Part shown: positions 14,692 to 29,169 of the stretch, one piece after another
How the letters are laid out: every line of letters begins with the position of its first letter
Position numbering within the stretch: position 1 is the stretch's first letter
Assembly: GCF_009914755.1 (NCBI RefSeq)
Contig: NC_060929.1
DNA length: 64,000 nt
Reading direction: 5' to 3' (one strand)
Origin: the human T2T-CHM13v2.0 reference genome, Homo sapiens
Notes under the pieces: model-generated
Seen by the model: only the letters and a program-made list of their open reading frames with translations
The model's database searches: none
Told to the model about the DNA's origin: nothing
Position numbers and translations under genes: made by a program

Positions 14692-15299
14692 TATTCTAGA
14701 CAATTGCTTATAAAGAGATATTGCATATCATAATTACTATCACCCCTGCAGAAAGTTTCATTTATTATCTTTATATATTATCTTTATATAGTGACCTTTT
14801 CCTACCAATACAGATTTACCCCAACACACAATATCAAGGACTATGTTCATTTCCAGTGGTCGTTGCCAATGTGAATCTTCAAAAGCAGTTAAAAATTCTC
14901 CATGTTTTACGGGTACCAGAAAGACTTTCTCAGCTCAGTATCTTAGAAACCTATATTTCAATAGCAAAGAAAGAAGGAGTCTCTTCCCTCTCCCCTATTG
15001 CCAAGAAAAGTTGAAGTTAAATGAGGAGTAACTTGCTAACACAGACAATTTTAGTCCCTGTTTCGAATCCATGAAAGAGAAATTGATATTGAAGGAGTTG
15101 TGATTAGCAGGAAACCTACAAGTTTATATGCATGCACATCCATGCTCTGCTCCTTCCATACTGTGACAATGATAGAGGTCTTTCTCCTCCTAGGGTCCTT
15201 TATTTACTTTTACTATGGATCCTATTCCCTACTGCCTTTTCATGAAATCCTTATCGTTAAATCCAAACATCATTTTCATCCCTTGCCTTGCTTAAAAGA

Positions 15300-15540
15300 C
15301 AGCATGATATACTAGTTAAGAGCACAAATTCTATTGTCAAATTGCATGAGTTCAAATCCTGATTCTGTTCGCTTATTAGCTATGCATTTTCTCAGGCAAC
15401 TCACTTAACTTCTCTATACCTCATTTTTTCATTATCATATAACAATTCTGCAGGTATCTAGCCCAAAGGATTGTTGTGAAAGTTAAATTAATACATGCAA
15501 AACTGCTTATACCAATACCTGGTCCATAATAAGCTCTATA
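15300..15540 (+). mobile_element. MIR inside L2 remnants
   Basis: gagttcaaatcctgattctg...cacttaacttctctatacctca...ggattgttgtgaaagttaaat. Confidence 0.75.
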
Positions 15541-15699
15541 AAAAAGCTGTACATAACTTTTGTGATGACACAGTCTCTGGGTTTTTCTCTCACCTCTGTG
15601 ATTCATCCTTTCTAATCTCACTTTCATGTTGGCCTCTTCCTTCATACTCTGGTACTCCTTAATGTGGATAAAAAGAGCCTTTATGGCCTAGCCTCTATT

Positions 15700-16720
15700 T
15701 AACTCTTGACAAATTCTAGGTTGATGTTTGTTTCTTCTGTACTTTAAAGATGTTGTTCCACTGTCTTCTCATTTGCATTACTTTCAACAAAAAGTTTGCT
15801 GAAATCTTCATCATTTTTCCTCTATACATAATGTGACTTTTCTACAGGCTGCTTTTTAGATTTTCTCTTAGCCACTGGTTTTGAACAATTTGATTATCAC
15901 ATGCATTGGTGTATTTTTCTTCATGTTTTTGTGCTTGAGTTCTTTGACTATCTTGGATCTCTAAGTTTATAGTTTGCCTTAAATTTGGAAGACTTTTGGC
16001 AGTGATTTATGTAAGCGTTTTTTCTGTCCTCCTTATCTCTCTCCTCTCCTTTGGGTGATTCTAATTCTAAGTATATTAGGCTTTTTGAGGATACCCCAGA
16101 GCTCACTACTGCTCTACTCTTCTCCTCCTAGTTTTAAGGCTTTTTCCCCTTCACTCTGTAATTCATTTTGGACAGTTTCTATTGCTATGTCTTCAAGTTT
16201 ACTAATCTTTGCTTCTGCAATGTCTAATATACCATTAATCCCATCCAGTGCATTTTTCCATCTCTAAATGTTGGATTTGGTTCTTTCTTGATATTCCATA
16301 TTTCTACCTAACATGTTTCATTATCCTCTAAGTTTTTGAATATATGGAACATTATAACAAGTGTTTTAAAGTATTTTCTAGTTCTAAAATCTATGCCAGT
16401 TATAGATTGGTTTTGATTCGTTTTTCTCCTCATTATGGATCATATTTTCCTGCTTCTGTGCAATGTCTGGTAATGTCTGATTGAAATCCAGACATTATGA
16501 ATTTTACTTTGTTGGGTGCTGGATTTACATTTCTATATATATTCTTGAGCTTTGTTCTGGGACACAGCCAAATTACTTAAAAATTGTTTGAACCTTTTGA
16601 TTCTTGCTTTTAAGATTTCTTAGATGGCACTCAAGCAGCATGGAGTAAGTATTCCATGTAGCAAGGCCCTTCTAAGTATACTATCCAATACCCTGTGAAT
16701 TACGAGGTTTTGCATTCCTT
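15700..16720 (-). mobile_element. Old L1M fragment (ORF1 region)
   Basis: tttaaagatgttgttccactgtcttct; aaatttggaagacttttggc; T-rich antisense L1 composition. Confidence 0.7.
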
Positions 16721-16842
16721 CTGCCATATACTGTTACAGTACCCTGTGCTTTCCCTAAATAAAAGCACCTCTCATACTTCATTGAAATCACTTACCTGGT
16801 TGTTTTCTCAAAATATACCTCTTTCTCCATACTGTTGCTACA

Positions 16843-17040
16843 TGTCTTAGTCTGGGTGGCTATCACAAATTAACAAAAACTGGGTGGCTTAAACAATAAA
16901 CATTTATTTCTGTCAGTTCTGGAGGCTATGAAGTCCAAGATCAAGGTGCTGGCAGATCTGGTGTCTGGTGAGGACACACTTCCTGGTTTGCAGATGGCTA
17001 TCTTCCTATTGTATCCTCACACGACAGAGAACAGAGAGAG
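16843..17040 (-). mobile_element. MLT1A-like LTR, partial
   Basis: tgtcttagtctgggtggctat...cagttctggaggct...aagtccaagatcaaggtgctggcagat. Confidence 0.85.
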
Positions 17041-17567
17041 ATATTTTATATTCCTAACACCTGGTGCAGTCCTGGCACAGTAGGTGCTACTTGAATAAAT
17101 ATGAACATGAATAAATATGAACATTAATAGATGAATGTTGGCAAAATGTAAAATTTTGCATGTCTAAACTAAAGTTGTGTCATCAATGCCTCAAGATGAA
17201 CTATCCTTTTCCTAACTAACATGACTTGTCTAAACATAGTGGTATTCTTTTATTCTTCAGGAAATCAGAACAACCTGCATGTTTGAATATAAAAGCTTGG
17301 TTAAACTTGTATTTTGCTTTCTATCTCTTCTAAGATGTCTTTTACTTTCTTTCCTATCTCTTTGACATAAGGTTCCAGGACAAATTAATTGTCAAAGCAA
17401 AAATATTTATCATACAAAAGAGTAGTACTGTCTATATTTACTATGGCTTGTCAGAATAGAACATCTGATCTCTTAAACAGTGTCATAATGCCTAGACTTA
17501 TCAGAGGAACATCTAAGAAGTATCTTCCTCAGCATGATTAGAAAGATGTTTTTAAAAATTATTTATA

Positions 17568-18146
<579 letters not shown>

Positions 18147-20232
18147 ATTATTTATAATATTATAAGAAACAAATAATAGAAATGAACTGCAAACCAGTAG
18201 CAGGTTTCTACCTTAAATTATGTGAGTTATTGAACTTTATAATTAATTTGCCTTCTTATAAAAGTATCATTTAACCACATTTCTAAAACATATCCTTCAT
18301 TTTAATACATATGACTACAGTAATAATTTGGTCTTGTACATATTTAAGCCATTTTTATTCCATAAAAATGTCATTACATAAAGCAACTGTCAAAATCTTA
18401 AACGTCAAAAAAACTAAAAAAACAGTGATTTAGCATAATATAATCTATTCTGATAGAGTATTACATAAGGCATCAGAAGTCTAGTTTTATTTGTCCATAA
18501 GTAATCTAAAATTATTAAATAAGCTTTTAATTTACTTATTAAGCAAAACTATACTGAGTAAATACATAATTTCATTCAATTATTTTGTGATTTCAACATA
18601 CACAATATAATTCTCACAATCAAAAACTGAAAAATATGATTGCTTCCCCAGAAAAATAAACTTTAACTTAAACTATATTAAATAACAGAATACAACAGAA
18701 TATCAATTGCGCTGTTTACTATGTGCCACGATTAATTGTATAACACTTCTTACTTGGTTAGGAAAAAAAGAGTCATGCTGCTAGATTCTCATGTCATTTC
18801 CAATTTTACAAAAAAGATTGTGTTCAAATTTCAAGAGTATAGGTAACTTTCACTGGTCTTAAAATATCAAGTCCTTCAAATTAACAATCAGAAGCCTTTT
18901 TAAAATTTCACTGCATTGCTCTCTATTTAGATAGGAACAGTCCTGTGGCTATAAACTCTGTACTGCCAAAGGGTTGCAGGAAAAAAAAAGAAAAGGTAGT
19001 AAGAGCTTAAGCTTTTCATGCCAAAACAAGGAAAAATAATCCTTGGAAGAAGCTCAGAATCAGTTTGTAGGGAAAGTGGGTGTTTTAGCAAGGTACATAG
19101 CAGAAGTATTATTTTAGACAGACACGGATAGAAAGCCACCTCAGTGCTTATTTTCCCACCTCTACGCTTTCCTACACCTTATTCTCTTCAGACTCCATCC
19201 AGAGAGAAGCAGCTCTGGAACGCCTAAGAATATTCTTAGATTTTGTAAAGGTGCATTTGAAACAGATTAATTTTGAAACTATGTTTCATGTCTAAGTAGT
19301 TTTCCTTAAGTATTCTGATTCATAACAATATTTTTTACAGCTTTAAGTATAATTGACAATAAACATTGTATATATTTAAGGTATTAAATTGTATATATTT
19401 AAGGTATAGATTTAATAACATATGATGTTTTGATATACATACACATTGTGGTGAGAAATTTAAGACCTACTGTCTTAACAAATTTCAAGAATACAATACA
19501 GAATTATTAATTATAGTCATGTTTAAGCATAGGACTGTTAAATACCACTAAAATTGCTACAGAACTCAAGAAAAAAGTGCTCATGTCCTACTGCTGCTGA
19601 CTTTAACACTATCCTATGATCATAGGAGTTTCTCCTAGTACCAGAAATCTTTCTCTACAATTAACGTTTTCAGAAATTAGTTTTCTCATTTACTTGAATG
19701 AATGTCTAAAAAAACTAGAGTAAACTATCACAAAAAATAATGTAATCCCCTGATAAATCCTTCCCCAAGAATGTTTCTTTTTTGTTTTATTATGGGAACA
19801 TCCTATGATACTGAACAAGGAAAATAATAGCCAAAGAGACTGAGAATAGAAAAAGAAAACAAAATTTTTGCTAATGGTGTTTTAAAACTTGGCAAACAAC
19901 AATGAGCTTATCTCTAAAATGTGGCTATTAAGTATCTTTAAAAATTGTGTCTTATTCATGGAAGAGATGGCAATGCAGTGTCTGAAAAAATACAGTCTGC
20001 GCTTTTGCATTTATTAATCTTAAAAAATAATTCTATTTAATGACTTCTAATCCAAACCAGTAGCCTCAGGTTATATGTACCACGAACATATATTTTTTGT
20101 TAAAAATAAATAAATAGGTAAGCAAAACTATCAGTTAATTCTCTTCTACTAAGTACTAAATGTAGACAAGTATTTTGAAAAAGACAATTTGGGGATTAAG
20201 ACCAAAAGAAAAAAAAAAAGAGCTAGAATCAC

Positions 20233-20378
20233 CTTTGTTTTCAGTGACCCTATATTACTTAGAAGAAATCTTGAGTTGTGGCAATGAAGAAGGAAAGAAA
20301 TCGATAAAGCCCCACAGAGTAGAATTGCATCAAGATAGCAATTGTATACTGTAAATGCCTCTCATCCATCATAATCTG
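20233..20378 (-). other. Candidate 146-nt non-coding exon containing a 37-codon ORF
   Basis: atctttaatttcag|cag|ATT (NAGNAG) ... AAG|gtgatt; stops in all frames; ATG 20372 to TAA 20259. Confidence 0.45.
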
Positions 20379-20495
20379 CTGAAATTAAAGATTCATTTTT
20401 AAGGTCTTGAAAACTCACTAAAGCAATGTCACAACTTTAAAAAAATCACATAAAACATGAAGGCAGCCTTAAACATGATTTAAATGTTAAGACCC

Positions 20496-20799
<304 letters not shown>

Positions 20800-21199
20800 A
20801 AGACCTTTTTATATTCATATAACAATAATGACTAAGCAGTGTAAAAAGAAATATAATTCTAGAAAAAGATATTTGCCACTGTTACTACTTATTTTCATTG
20901 CCTACCATAAGTAAGATATACATTCTTTCAAATCCCATTAAGGGAGAGGAATATAAAAATTTCCCATATGCTATCTTTCATGAAACATATATCATAACTA
21001 TGCAAGAGTACTGCACTTTATAAGAGATAATTAGGTTGGTCCTGATGCCAAATTATTGACACTAAAAACAACCAAACAGAAATCAAAACAAACAAACCAT
21101 AAGAACAATCGATACAATGTAAATATGATATAAAGAACCATCTAATCATACAACATGTATATAAGAGCAAACCAATCCATGTCCTAAGGAACACATGAG

Positions 21200-22870
21200 T
21201 AGAACAAAATAAAGTGTACTCTTTTTTGAAATCCTAAAGGACATCATTATCTACATATAAACTCCAAAGAAAGTTTATTAAAAAGCAGACACAATTTAAA
21301 AGTTAATTTAACAAGGTAGAAAACCAGTATTTCCATATATGGGCAACGAATAATCAGATATTCAAATTTTAAAGGTACCATATTTAACTATACCACAAAA
21401 ATATCATTAAAATATTTTGGTGTAGAGCTAACAAAATATGTGCATGAGCTGTGTGCTGAAAATTATAAATCACTAATTAAAGAAATTAATGAAGATTTAA
21501 ATAAATGGAGAGATATATAGCTTTCATGAAGGGGAAGACTCCGTATTACTATTTCAATTCTTTTCAAACTATCTATAGACTCAACACAATTCCAATCAAT
21601 ATCCCAACAGGGTTGTTTTGTAGAAATCAAACACTGGAAATAGAAAAGAAGTAGAATAGCCAAACTAATTTTGAAAAAGAACAGCAAAGTTGAAGGTTTC
21701 ACACTACCTGATTTCAAGATTTACTATAAAGCACAGCAATCAATACAACATGATAGTGGAAAAAGAATAGATCAATGGTACAGAATAGAGAATCCACACA
21801 TATATGGCGATTTTCAACAAAGATGCAAATACAATCCAAAGGAGAAATGAGAGTCTTTTCAATAAACAGTGCTGGAATTGGATATCCATCTGCCAAAATA
21901 CAAAACAAAATACAAAAATCCCGAATCCAAACTCTGGAGCATACATAAATCTCAAAGCAGACCATAGAACAAAATGTAAAAAAAAATTCTAAAGGTTCTA
22001 GAGAATACATAGGAAAAAATATCTGTGACTTGGTTTAGACAAGAACTCCTTAGATACACCACCAAAAGAAAGACATTGATAAATGAAACTTCATCAAAAG
22101 TAAAAACTTCTGCTCTTTAAAGGACACTGAAACAGTGTAGTACTAGTGTAAAGACAGACATGTAGACTAATGGAACAGAATAGAAAGCCCAGAAATAAGC
22201 ATATTCAGTCAACTGATACTCATCAAAGGTGCCAAGAATATACAATAGGGAAAGAAGAGTCTTCTATAAATAGTGCTGAGGAAACAGAAAAAGAATGAAA
22301 TTAGACCCTTATCTTATACCATACACAAAAATCAATTCAAAAATGGATTAACGACTTAAACATAAGACCTGAAACCATAAAACTACTAGAGAAACATGAG
22401 GAAAAGCTTCGTGACATTGGTTAGCAATGATTTCATGGACATGACACAAAAAACACAGGCAACAAAAGCAAAAATAAGTGAGACTATATCAAACTAAAAT
22501 GGATAGCAAAGGTAACAATCAGTGGGTGTAAAGGCAACCCATGGAATGGAAGAAAATATTTGCAAACCATATATCTAATATCTAATAATGGGTTCATCCC
22601 CAAAATATATAAGGAACCCCTACCACACAATAGCAAAAGAAAAACACAAAATGAATGACCCAATTAAAACGTGGGCTAAGAAACTGAATAGACATTTCTC
22701 CAAAGAAGATATACAAATGGCCAACAGATGTGTGAAAAAAGATACTAACATCACTAATCAGGAAAATACAAATCAATGCCACAATGAGCTATCACCTCAC
22801 ACTTGTTAGGATGGTTTTTATTAAAAAGGCAAAAGTGTTGATGAGGATAGGGAGAAACTGGAACCCTTGC
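21200..22870 (+). mobile_element. Two adjacent old L1M ORF2 3' fragments (junction ~22130)
   Basis: The aatgg.acagaataga ORF2 motif occurs at ~21775 and again at ~22170 in diverged contexts. Confidence 0.8.
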
Positions 22871-24832
22871 ACAAGAGAATGGAGAAAGGGAGGGAAGGAA
22901 GGAGGAAGAACATGTTTGCCTTGAGAGTGCCTGCCTGAAATGGCTGGGTGATGAGGTGCTGTAAAAGAAGCCAAAACCTAGAGCTGCCTCAGTACCTCAC
23001 AGTTTTCCAGTTTCAGTTCTGAGTACTTGTAATAAAATTCCTTTTTCTTAAAATGGTATATTACACATTTTCATTGTCTATTCTACCCTTAACTACTTTC
23101 AGAAGAACTTTCTCCCAGAATTGTCATCCCCAGGATTAAATATAGCTGATTAGTCCAGAAGAAGTATCTTATCCAAAGCAGCCTACCTATCAGATTATCT
23201 CAGGACTGTGAACCAAGTTACCCATTCTCATACAGACAGTGACTGATGTTTTAGCTAAAAATTCATGCAGGGTTAGTCTTGTAGTCAGCATCTTAGGCAA
23301 AGCCCCATGCAAAATTAAATTATGAAGTATCAGAAATCAAGAGAAAGCTGCGCTAAAGAACGGGTCAGATATTTACAAACTTTGGTATTCAAAAGCTCTC
23401 TCCTAGTTTCCTGATCCTTCTAACACCAAACATCACCTTACCAGATCTTTTCACTTCAAGCAAATAAGTTAAAAAACCGCTTGCCAGCTGCTGCCAAAGA
23501 AGCACAACTTTGTATCTTTCCACTTTTGTGTCCCCTGTCCACTTAACATTTCAAAAGCAATACCATGGCCTTGCAAAGAACCAATTCCTATGATTCCCAC
23601 CCCCATGCCATTGAAGTATTCTTTGCAAGAGGATAAAGCATTACGCATAGTCTTCTGTTTATTTCTTCCTCTCAACATCCCTTTTCAATAGTGATGCTTA
23701 ATAATTCGTTATAATAAAAGCAACTTATTAAATTCTTCTGCTTCTTCTAGAAATATATTTCTAAATCAAAAAATGGGACTGCTTTTCTCAAACAGTCCAA
23801 TAATGGAGCACAATATCTGAAATTAACCTCTCTTTAAAAAATCTAGACAAAGTCACTTAACCAAAAGCAAATGCCTATGAGTTATCTTGTGACAGCAACT
23901 GTTTTAAAATGGGTTTTAAAAACATAATTTTAAACATATAGAACATAAAAAAAATTTGTAAAGCTGTAATAAATTTACTTCCTCACATACTTAAATATAA
24001 AACTATTGGCCTAAAATTTTTAAGATCAAAAGGTAAGTTTTAAAAGTTCCCACAAAGATTTTATGACGTGCCAAAACATACATATACGACAGGTGTAGTT
24101 TTCTAGTATTTTAGAAGTGTTTCCCTATACTATAGTAATATAAATCTATCCTTAACCACAAGTTTGTCTATGTTCCCATGACACGGTATACATACTTCCA
24201 TTATAGAATTATCAAGTCATACTATACTGTTTGAATTTGTCTTGTCATAGATCATAAACTCATCAAGAAAGAACCAACCGTATCTTTTATTTTTGGAGTT
24301 CTCAGACCTAAAATAATGCTTATTTCAGAGTAGATACTTTAAAAGAAAACGGTAAGTGAAAGAAATACACATTTCATTGGAAATATTAGTAAAATGATTA
24401 AACAAGTTTGGTCTACTGAGCCTTAAATTTATAGCTTCTCACATGTTCAAAGAGGAAATGTTTCTAGTCACCATATTTCCTCCTTAATCTGGCTAACATG
24501 GAGACCTCAATTTAAAACTCAACTTTCATTCTTAAAAAAATATTCAATTCAGAATAATGCTTTCATTTCATCAATCACTTAGTAGAAAGAACTCAAAGGA
24601 CAAAATATCAGACTCAGGGAAGACCATGATAAGGAAAATTCCTTGATCAATTAATACAGGTGTACAACAACTGATAATAATTTGAGCATAAAACTTTTGG
24701 ATTATTTATTTGTTAAAGACAAGTAGAAGTAATATATCTTTATTCAATGCATTAATCAATTTAGATTCTGATGAATAGCAGTCTAAACAACACTGCTTCT
24801 ATAAGGTTAATACAGTATGCATATAAGGTTCG

Positions 24833-27118
24833 TGATATGGTTTGGCTGTGTCCCCACCCAAATCTCATGTTGAATTGTACTCCCATAATTCCCATATGCT
24901 GTGGGAGGCACCTGGTAGGAGATAACTGAATCATGGGGGCAGTTTTCCTCATACTGTTCTTGTGGTAGTGAATAAGTCTCACAAGACCTGACAGTTTTAT
25001 CAGGGATTTCTGCTTTTGCGTCTTCCTTATTCTCTCTTTGCCTGCTGCCGTCCATGTAAGATGGGACTTGCTCCTCCTTGCCTTCTGCCATGATTGTGAG
25101 GCTTCCCCAGCTACGTGTAAGTCCAATTAACCCTCTTTCTCTTGTAAATTGCCCAGTCTTGGGTACGTCTTTATCAGCAGCATGAAAACTAATACAGTAA
25201 CTGGTACCAGTAGAGTGGGGAGCTGCTGAAAAGATATCTAAAATGTGGAAGCAACTTTGGTTGGGAACAGTTTGGAAGGCTCAGAAGAACACAGGAAAAT
25301 GTGGGAAAATTTAGAACTTCATAGAGACTTGCTGAATAGGTTTGACAAAAATGCTTATAGAGATATCAACAATTAAGTTTCAGGCTGAGGTGGCCTCAGA
25401 GGGAGATGAGGAACTTGTTGGGAACTGGAGCAAAGGTGACTCTTTTTATGTTTTAGCAAAGAGACTGGCAGCATTTGCCCTTGCCCTAGAGATTTTTGGA
25501 ACTTTGAACTTGAGAGAGATGATTTAGTGTATCTGACAGAAGAAATTCCTAAGCAGCAAAGCATTCAAGAGGTGACTTGGGTGCTGTTAAAAGCATTCAG
25601 TTTTAAAAGCATAAAAGTTTGGAAAATTTGCAGCCTGACAATGCAATAGAAAAGAAAATCCCATTTTCTGAGGAGAAATTCAAGCTGACTGCAGAAATTT
25701 GCATAAGTAACAAGGAGCCAAATGTTAATCCCCAAGACAATGGGGAAAATGTCTCCAGGACATGTCAAAGGTCTTCATGGCAGCCCCTTCCATCACAGGC
25801 CCAGAGGCCAAGGAGGAAAAAGTAGTTCCATGGGCAAGGTCCAGGGTCCCTGAGCTGTGTGCAGCCTAGGGACTTGTTTCTCTATGTCCCAGCTGTTCCA
25901 GCCATGGCTGAAAGGGACTAATGTAGAGCTCAGGCCATGGTTTCAGATGATGCAAGCCCCAAGCCTTGGCAGCTTCCATGGTGTTGAGCCTGCGGGTGCA
26001 CAGAAGTCAAGAATTGAGGTTTGGGAACCTCTGCCTAGATTTCAGAAGATGTATAGAAACGCTTGGATGCCCAGGCAGAAGTTTGCTGTAGGGGCAGGGC
26101 TCTCATGGAGAACCTCTGCTAGGGCACAGCAGAAGGGAAATGTGGGGTCAGATTCCCCCAGACAGTCTCTACTGGGTTACTGCCTACTGGACCTATGAGA
26201 AGAAGGCCACCATCCTCCAGACCCCAGCATGGTAGATCCACCCACAGCTTGCACTGTGCACCTGGAAAGCTGCAGATACTCAACCCCAGGTGGGAGGCAG
26301 ACTGTACCCTGCAAAACCACAGGGGCAGAGCTGCCCAAGATCATGGGAACCCACCTCTTGCATCAGTATGACCTGGATGTGAGACACAGAGTCAAAGGAG
26401 ATCATTTTGGAGCTTCAAGATTTGACTGTCCTGCTGAATTTTGGACTTGCATGGAGCCTGTAGCCCCTTTGTTTTGGCCAATTTCTCACATTTGGAATGG
26501 TTGTATTTGCCCAATGTCTGTACCCCCTGTATCTAGGAAATAACTAGCTTGCTTTTGATTTTACAGGCTCATAGGAGGAAGGAACTTGATGGAGGAAGGA
26601 ACTTGCCTTGTCTCAGATGAGACTTTGGACTGTGGACTTTTGAGTTAATGTTGAAATGAGTTAAGACTTTGGGGGACTGTTGGGAAGGCATAATTCGTTT
26701 TGAAATGTGAAGATATGAGATTTTGGAGGGGCTGAGGTAGAATGATATGGTTTGGCTGTGTCCCTACCCAAATCTCATCTTGAATTGTACTCCCATAATT
26801 CCCACGTATTGTGGAAGGGACCTGGTGGGAGATAATTGAATCATAGGGGCAGCTTTCCCCAAAACTGTTCTTGTGGTAGTGAATAAGCCTCAAGAGATCT
26901 GATGGTTTTATCAGGTGTTTCCGGTTTTGCATTTTCCTCATTCTCTCTTTGCCTGCTGCCATCCATGTAAGATGAGACTTGCCTCCTCCTTACCTTCTGC
27001 CATGATTGTGAGGCTTCCCCTGCCACATGTAATTGTAAGTCCAATTTAACCTCTTTCTTTTGTAAATTGCCCAGTCTTGGGTATGTCGTTTGCAGCAGCA
27101 TGAAAACGGACTAATATA
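24833..27118 (+). mobile_element. Complete THE1A-like MaLR provirus: LTR 24833-25196, internal, LTR 26743-27118
   Basis: Two direct LTRs tgatatggtttggctgtgtccc...ctaata(c/t)a; THE1-int start gtaactggtaccagtagagtgggg; TSD gttcg/gtttg. Confidence 0.95.
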
Positions 27119-29125
27119 GTTTGGATTATAAACTGAATCCTTATGACAGTAAGACAACTTTACTCTGTCCCATAGTTTACTCCAAAACATATGCTGTTAT
27201 TCAGAAGGAAGAATACATGAAATAACGTAGCTGTCATTGTACAAATATCACTACCATTATAAAAAGAACATAAAGTTTTTACAAAGTGAGCCATTCACAT
27301 ATGTATATTTTTAATACAAATATTTAAAATGTTCCCTTTGTACATATATGACAGAAGTTTTCTCTATAAGTAACAAGCCAAAATTTGAAGTTCAGTATTT
27401 GTCTTGTGTAAATGATCATGAGATCTAGCTTGTAGGAAAGTCTGTTAGAAATATAACATATGTGTCAAAATACCATAAACAAAGGTATGTAGAAAAATGT
27501 TCTGAATGGTAGAGAACAATGGAAGGAAGGGAGAGAGGGAGGGAAGTTGGTTGGATTCCTTGAGTGGAGACCTTTCAACGTCTTGATGAAATATCAAAGT
27601 CTTCTGAAGCCCCCTAGAGCAGAGAGGACTGGGTGAAGGTTCCACTTGGACATTACTAATTTGGGTCTTAGAGCAAAAGAATGGAAGGTCAGAAGGGGCA
27701 GGAAGTATCTTTAATCGTATCTAATGAATTTTCTGGATGGTTATATTTTTAAATTTTCATTTTATTTTTAAATTACATACAGTAAAATTCACTTTTGTTG
27801 TATATATTTCTATGAGTTCTGACAAAAGCATAGTGTAACCACCACCACAATCAAGACATAAAACAGTTCTATCACCTCAAAATTCCCTTGTGCTGACCCT
27901 TTACACCATGAGTCTTATTCCAACATAAGCTTTAAGCTAGGTTATCCTTGGGTTAATGAAACAGTTTAACAAAAGTAGACTGGGGAGTGGGGAATTAACT
28001 ACTTTTAGGCAAGCTTTAAAAAATAATACACATAGTATATGTATGTATTCCTATCAGCCTGTATATATGCATAAATACTCCATGCCTCCATGACATTACA
28101 AAGCAAAATAAAATACAGAATCAGACTAGTGATTTTCCCTAAACACCTCATGCTCTCCTATGCTGAGCTTCCACTGCTGGTATCATCATGCCAAATCTAT
28201 GTCATTCCATTGAAATAAATCAGCAATATCCTTTTTAAAAATCCACAAACAACTAACTCAATCTTTACCTATATAAGCAGCAACTAATACAGTAATAATT
28301 TAAAAGGCATATCAGACTGCTTTTTGCTGGCAGGTTTTAAAAAAAATCTTCTCACAGGTAGCTGGAATAACAGCTGTTGGTGAATAGTCCTAGTCACTAG
28401 AGAATTTCTTTTAGCATAGTTTGATATCATGGCCTGAATTCAAAGCGACACTAAATTAAAGCTTGTTACGGTAATAATCATGGTAGTGTAAAGTGGTTTT
28501 GAAAAACCTACAGTCTGAGTCTTCAGAATTAATTTCAACTGTATCACCCTTGACTGGCTAGTTTTATCTTACTTTAAGATAAAACTTAAAAATATTTAGA
28601 ACTCTGATTTAAAAAAAAGACATCCCATGAATGGATAATAAATTAACAGTAAACCCTTATAATTAAGTGATATACTACTTGTCTAACAGAGGAATAAGAC
28701 AAGATAAATTTCTTTTCAGAGCTGGGTAACTTTACAGTTTTACTCAAGAACTGTAAAACACTATAAAACATTTGCTAACAGTTAACAAATAATATACCTA
28801 CACACATAGTCCCCCACACATATGTGGAAGGAAGAAGTCCCTGCAGCTACCTCTAATGTTAATATAATAATTGATTTTAGAAATATTATAATGAAACACA
28901 GTGGCTCAATTAATACTTTCTGGTTCATTAGTAACATGAATAGCACCAGAATTCTTGAAAATTTAATCTTTGAGGTATCTGAAATCACACAAATTATAGA
29001 ACTTTTGCTAAAAAGAAACTCCACTTAATTCAGAGGAAAGAACTATGTGTAATGAACAATCATAAATATATAACAAGATCACATTACACCTGAAATCAGT
29101 CAGGAGAGAAATGCTCTAAGTACAG

Positions 29126-29169
29126 TGACGACCAATCAGAGATGCTGTGTATGGCTGTTCAAGGTAAGC
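29126..29169. promoter_or_regulatory. Putative element: half-CRE TGACG abutting CCAAT box, then + strand consensus donor
   Basis: tgacgaccaatcag at 29126-29139; AAG|gtaagc after 29163; locally GC/CpG-richer unique DNA. Confidence 0.3.

Noticed and set aside
14790-14960. Minus-strand coding exon
   Set aside because: Stops in all three frames right after the acceptor; weak signals.
19224-19239. 16-bp perfect palindrome (another at 31443-31458; 10-bp-arm hairpin at 13898-13919)
   Set aside because: About one or more expected by chance in 64 kb of AT-rich DNA.
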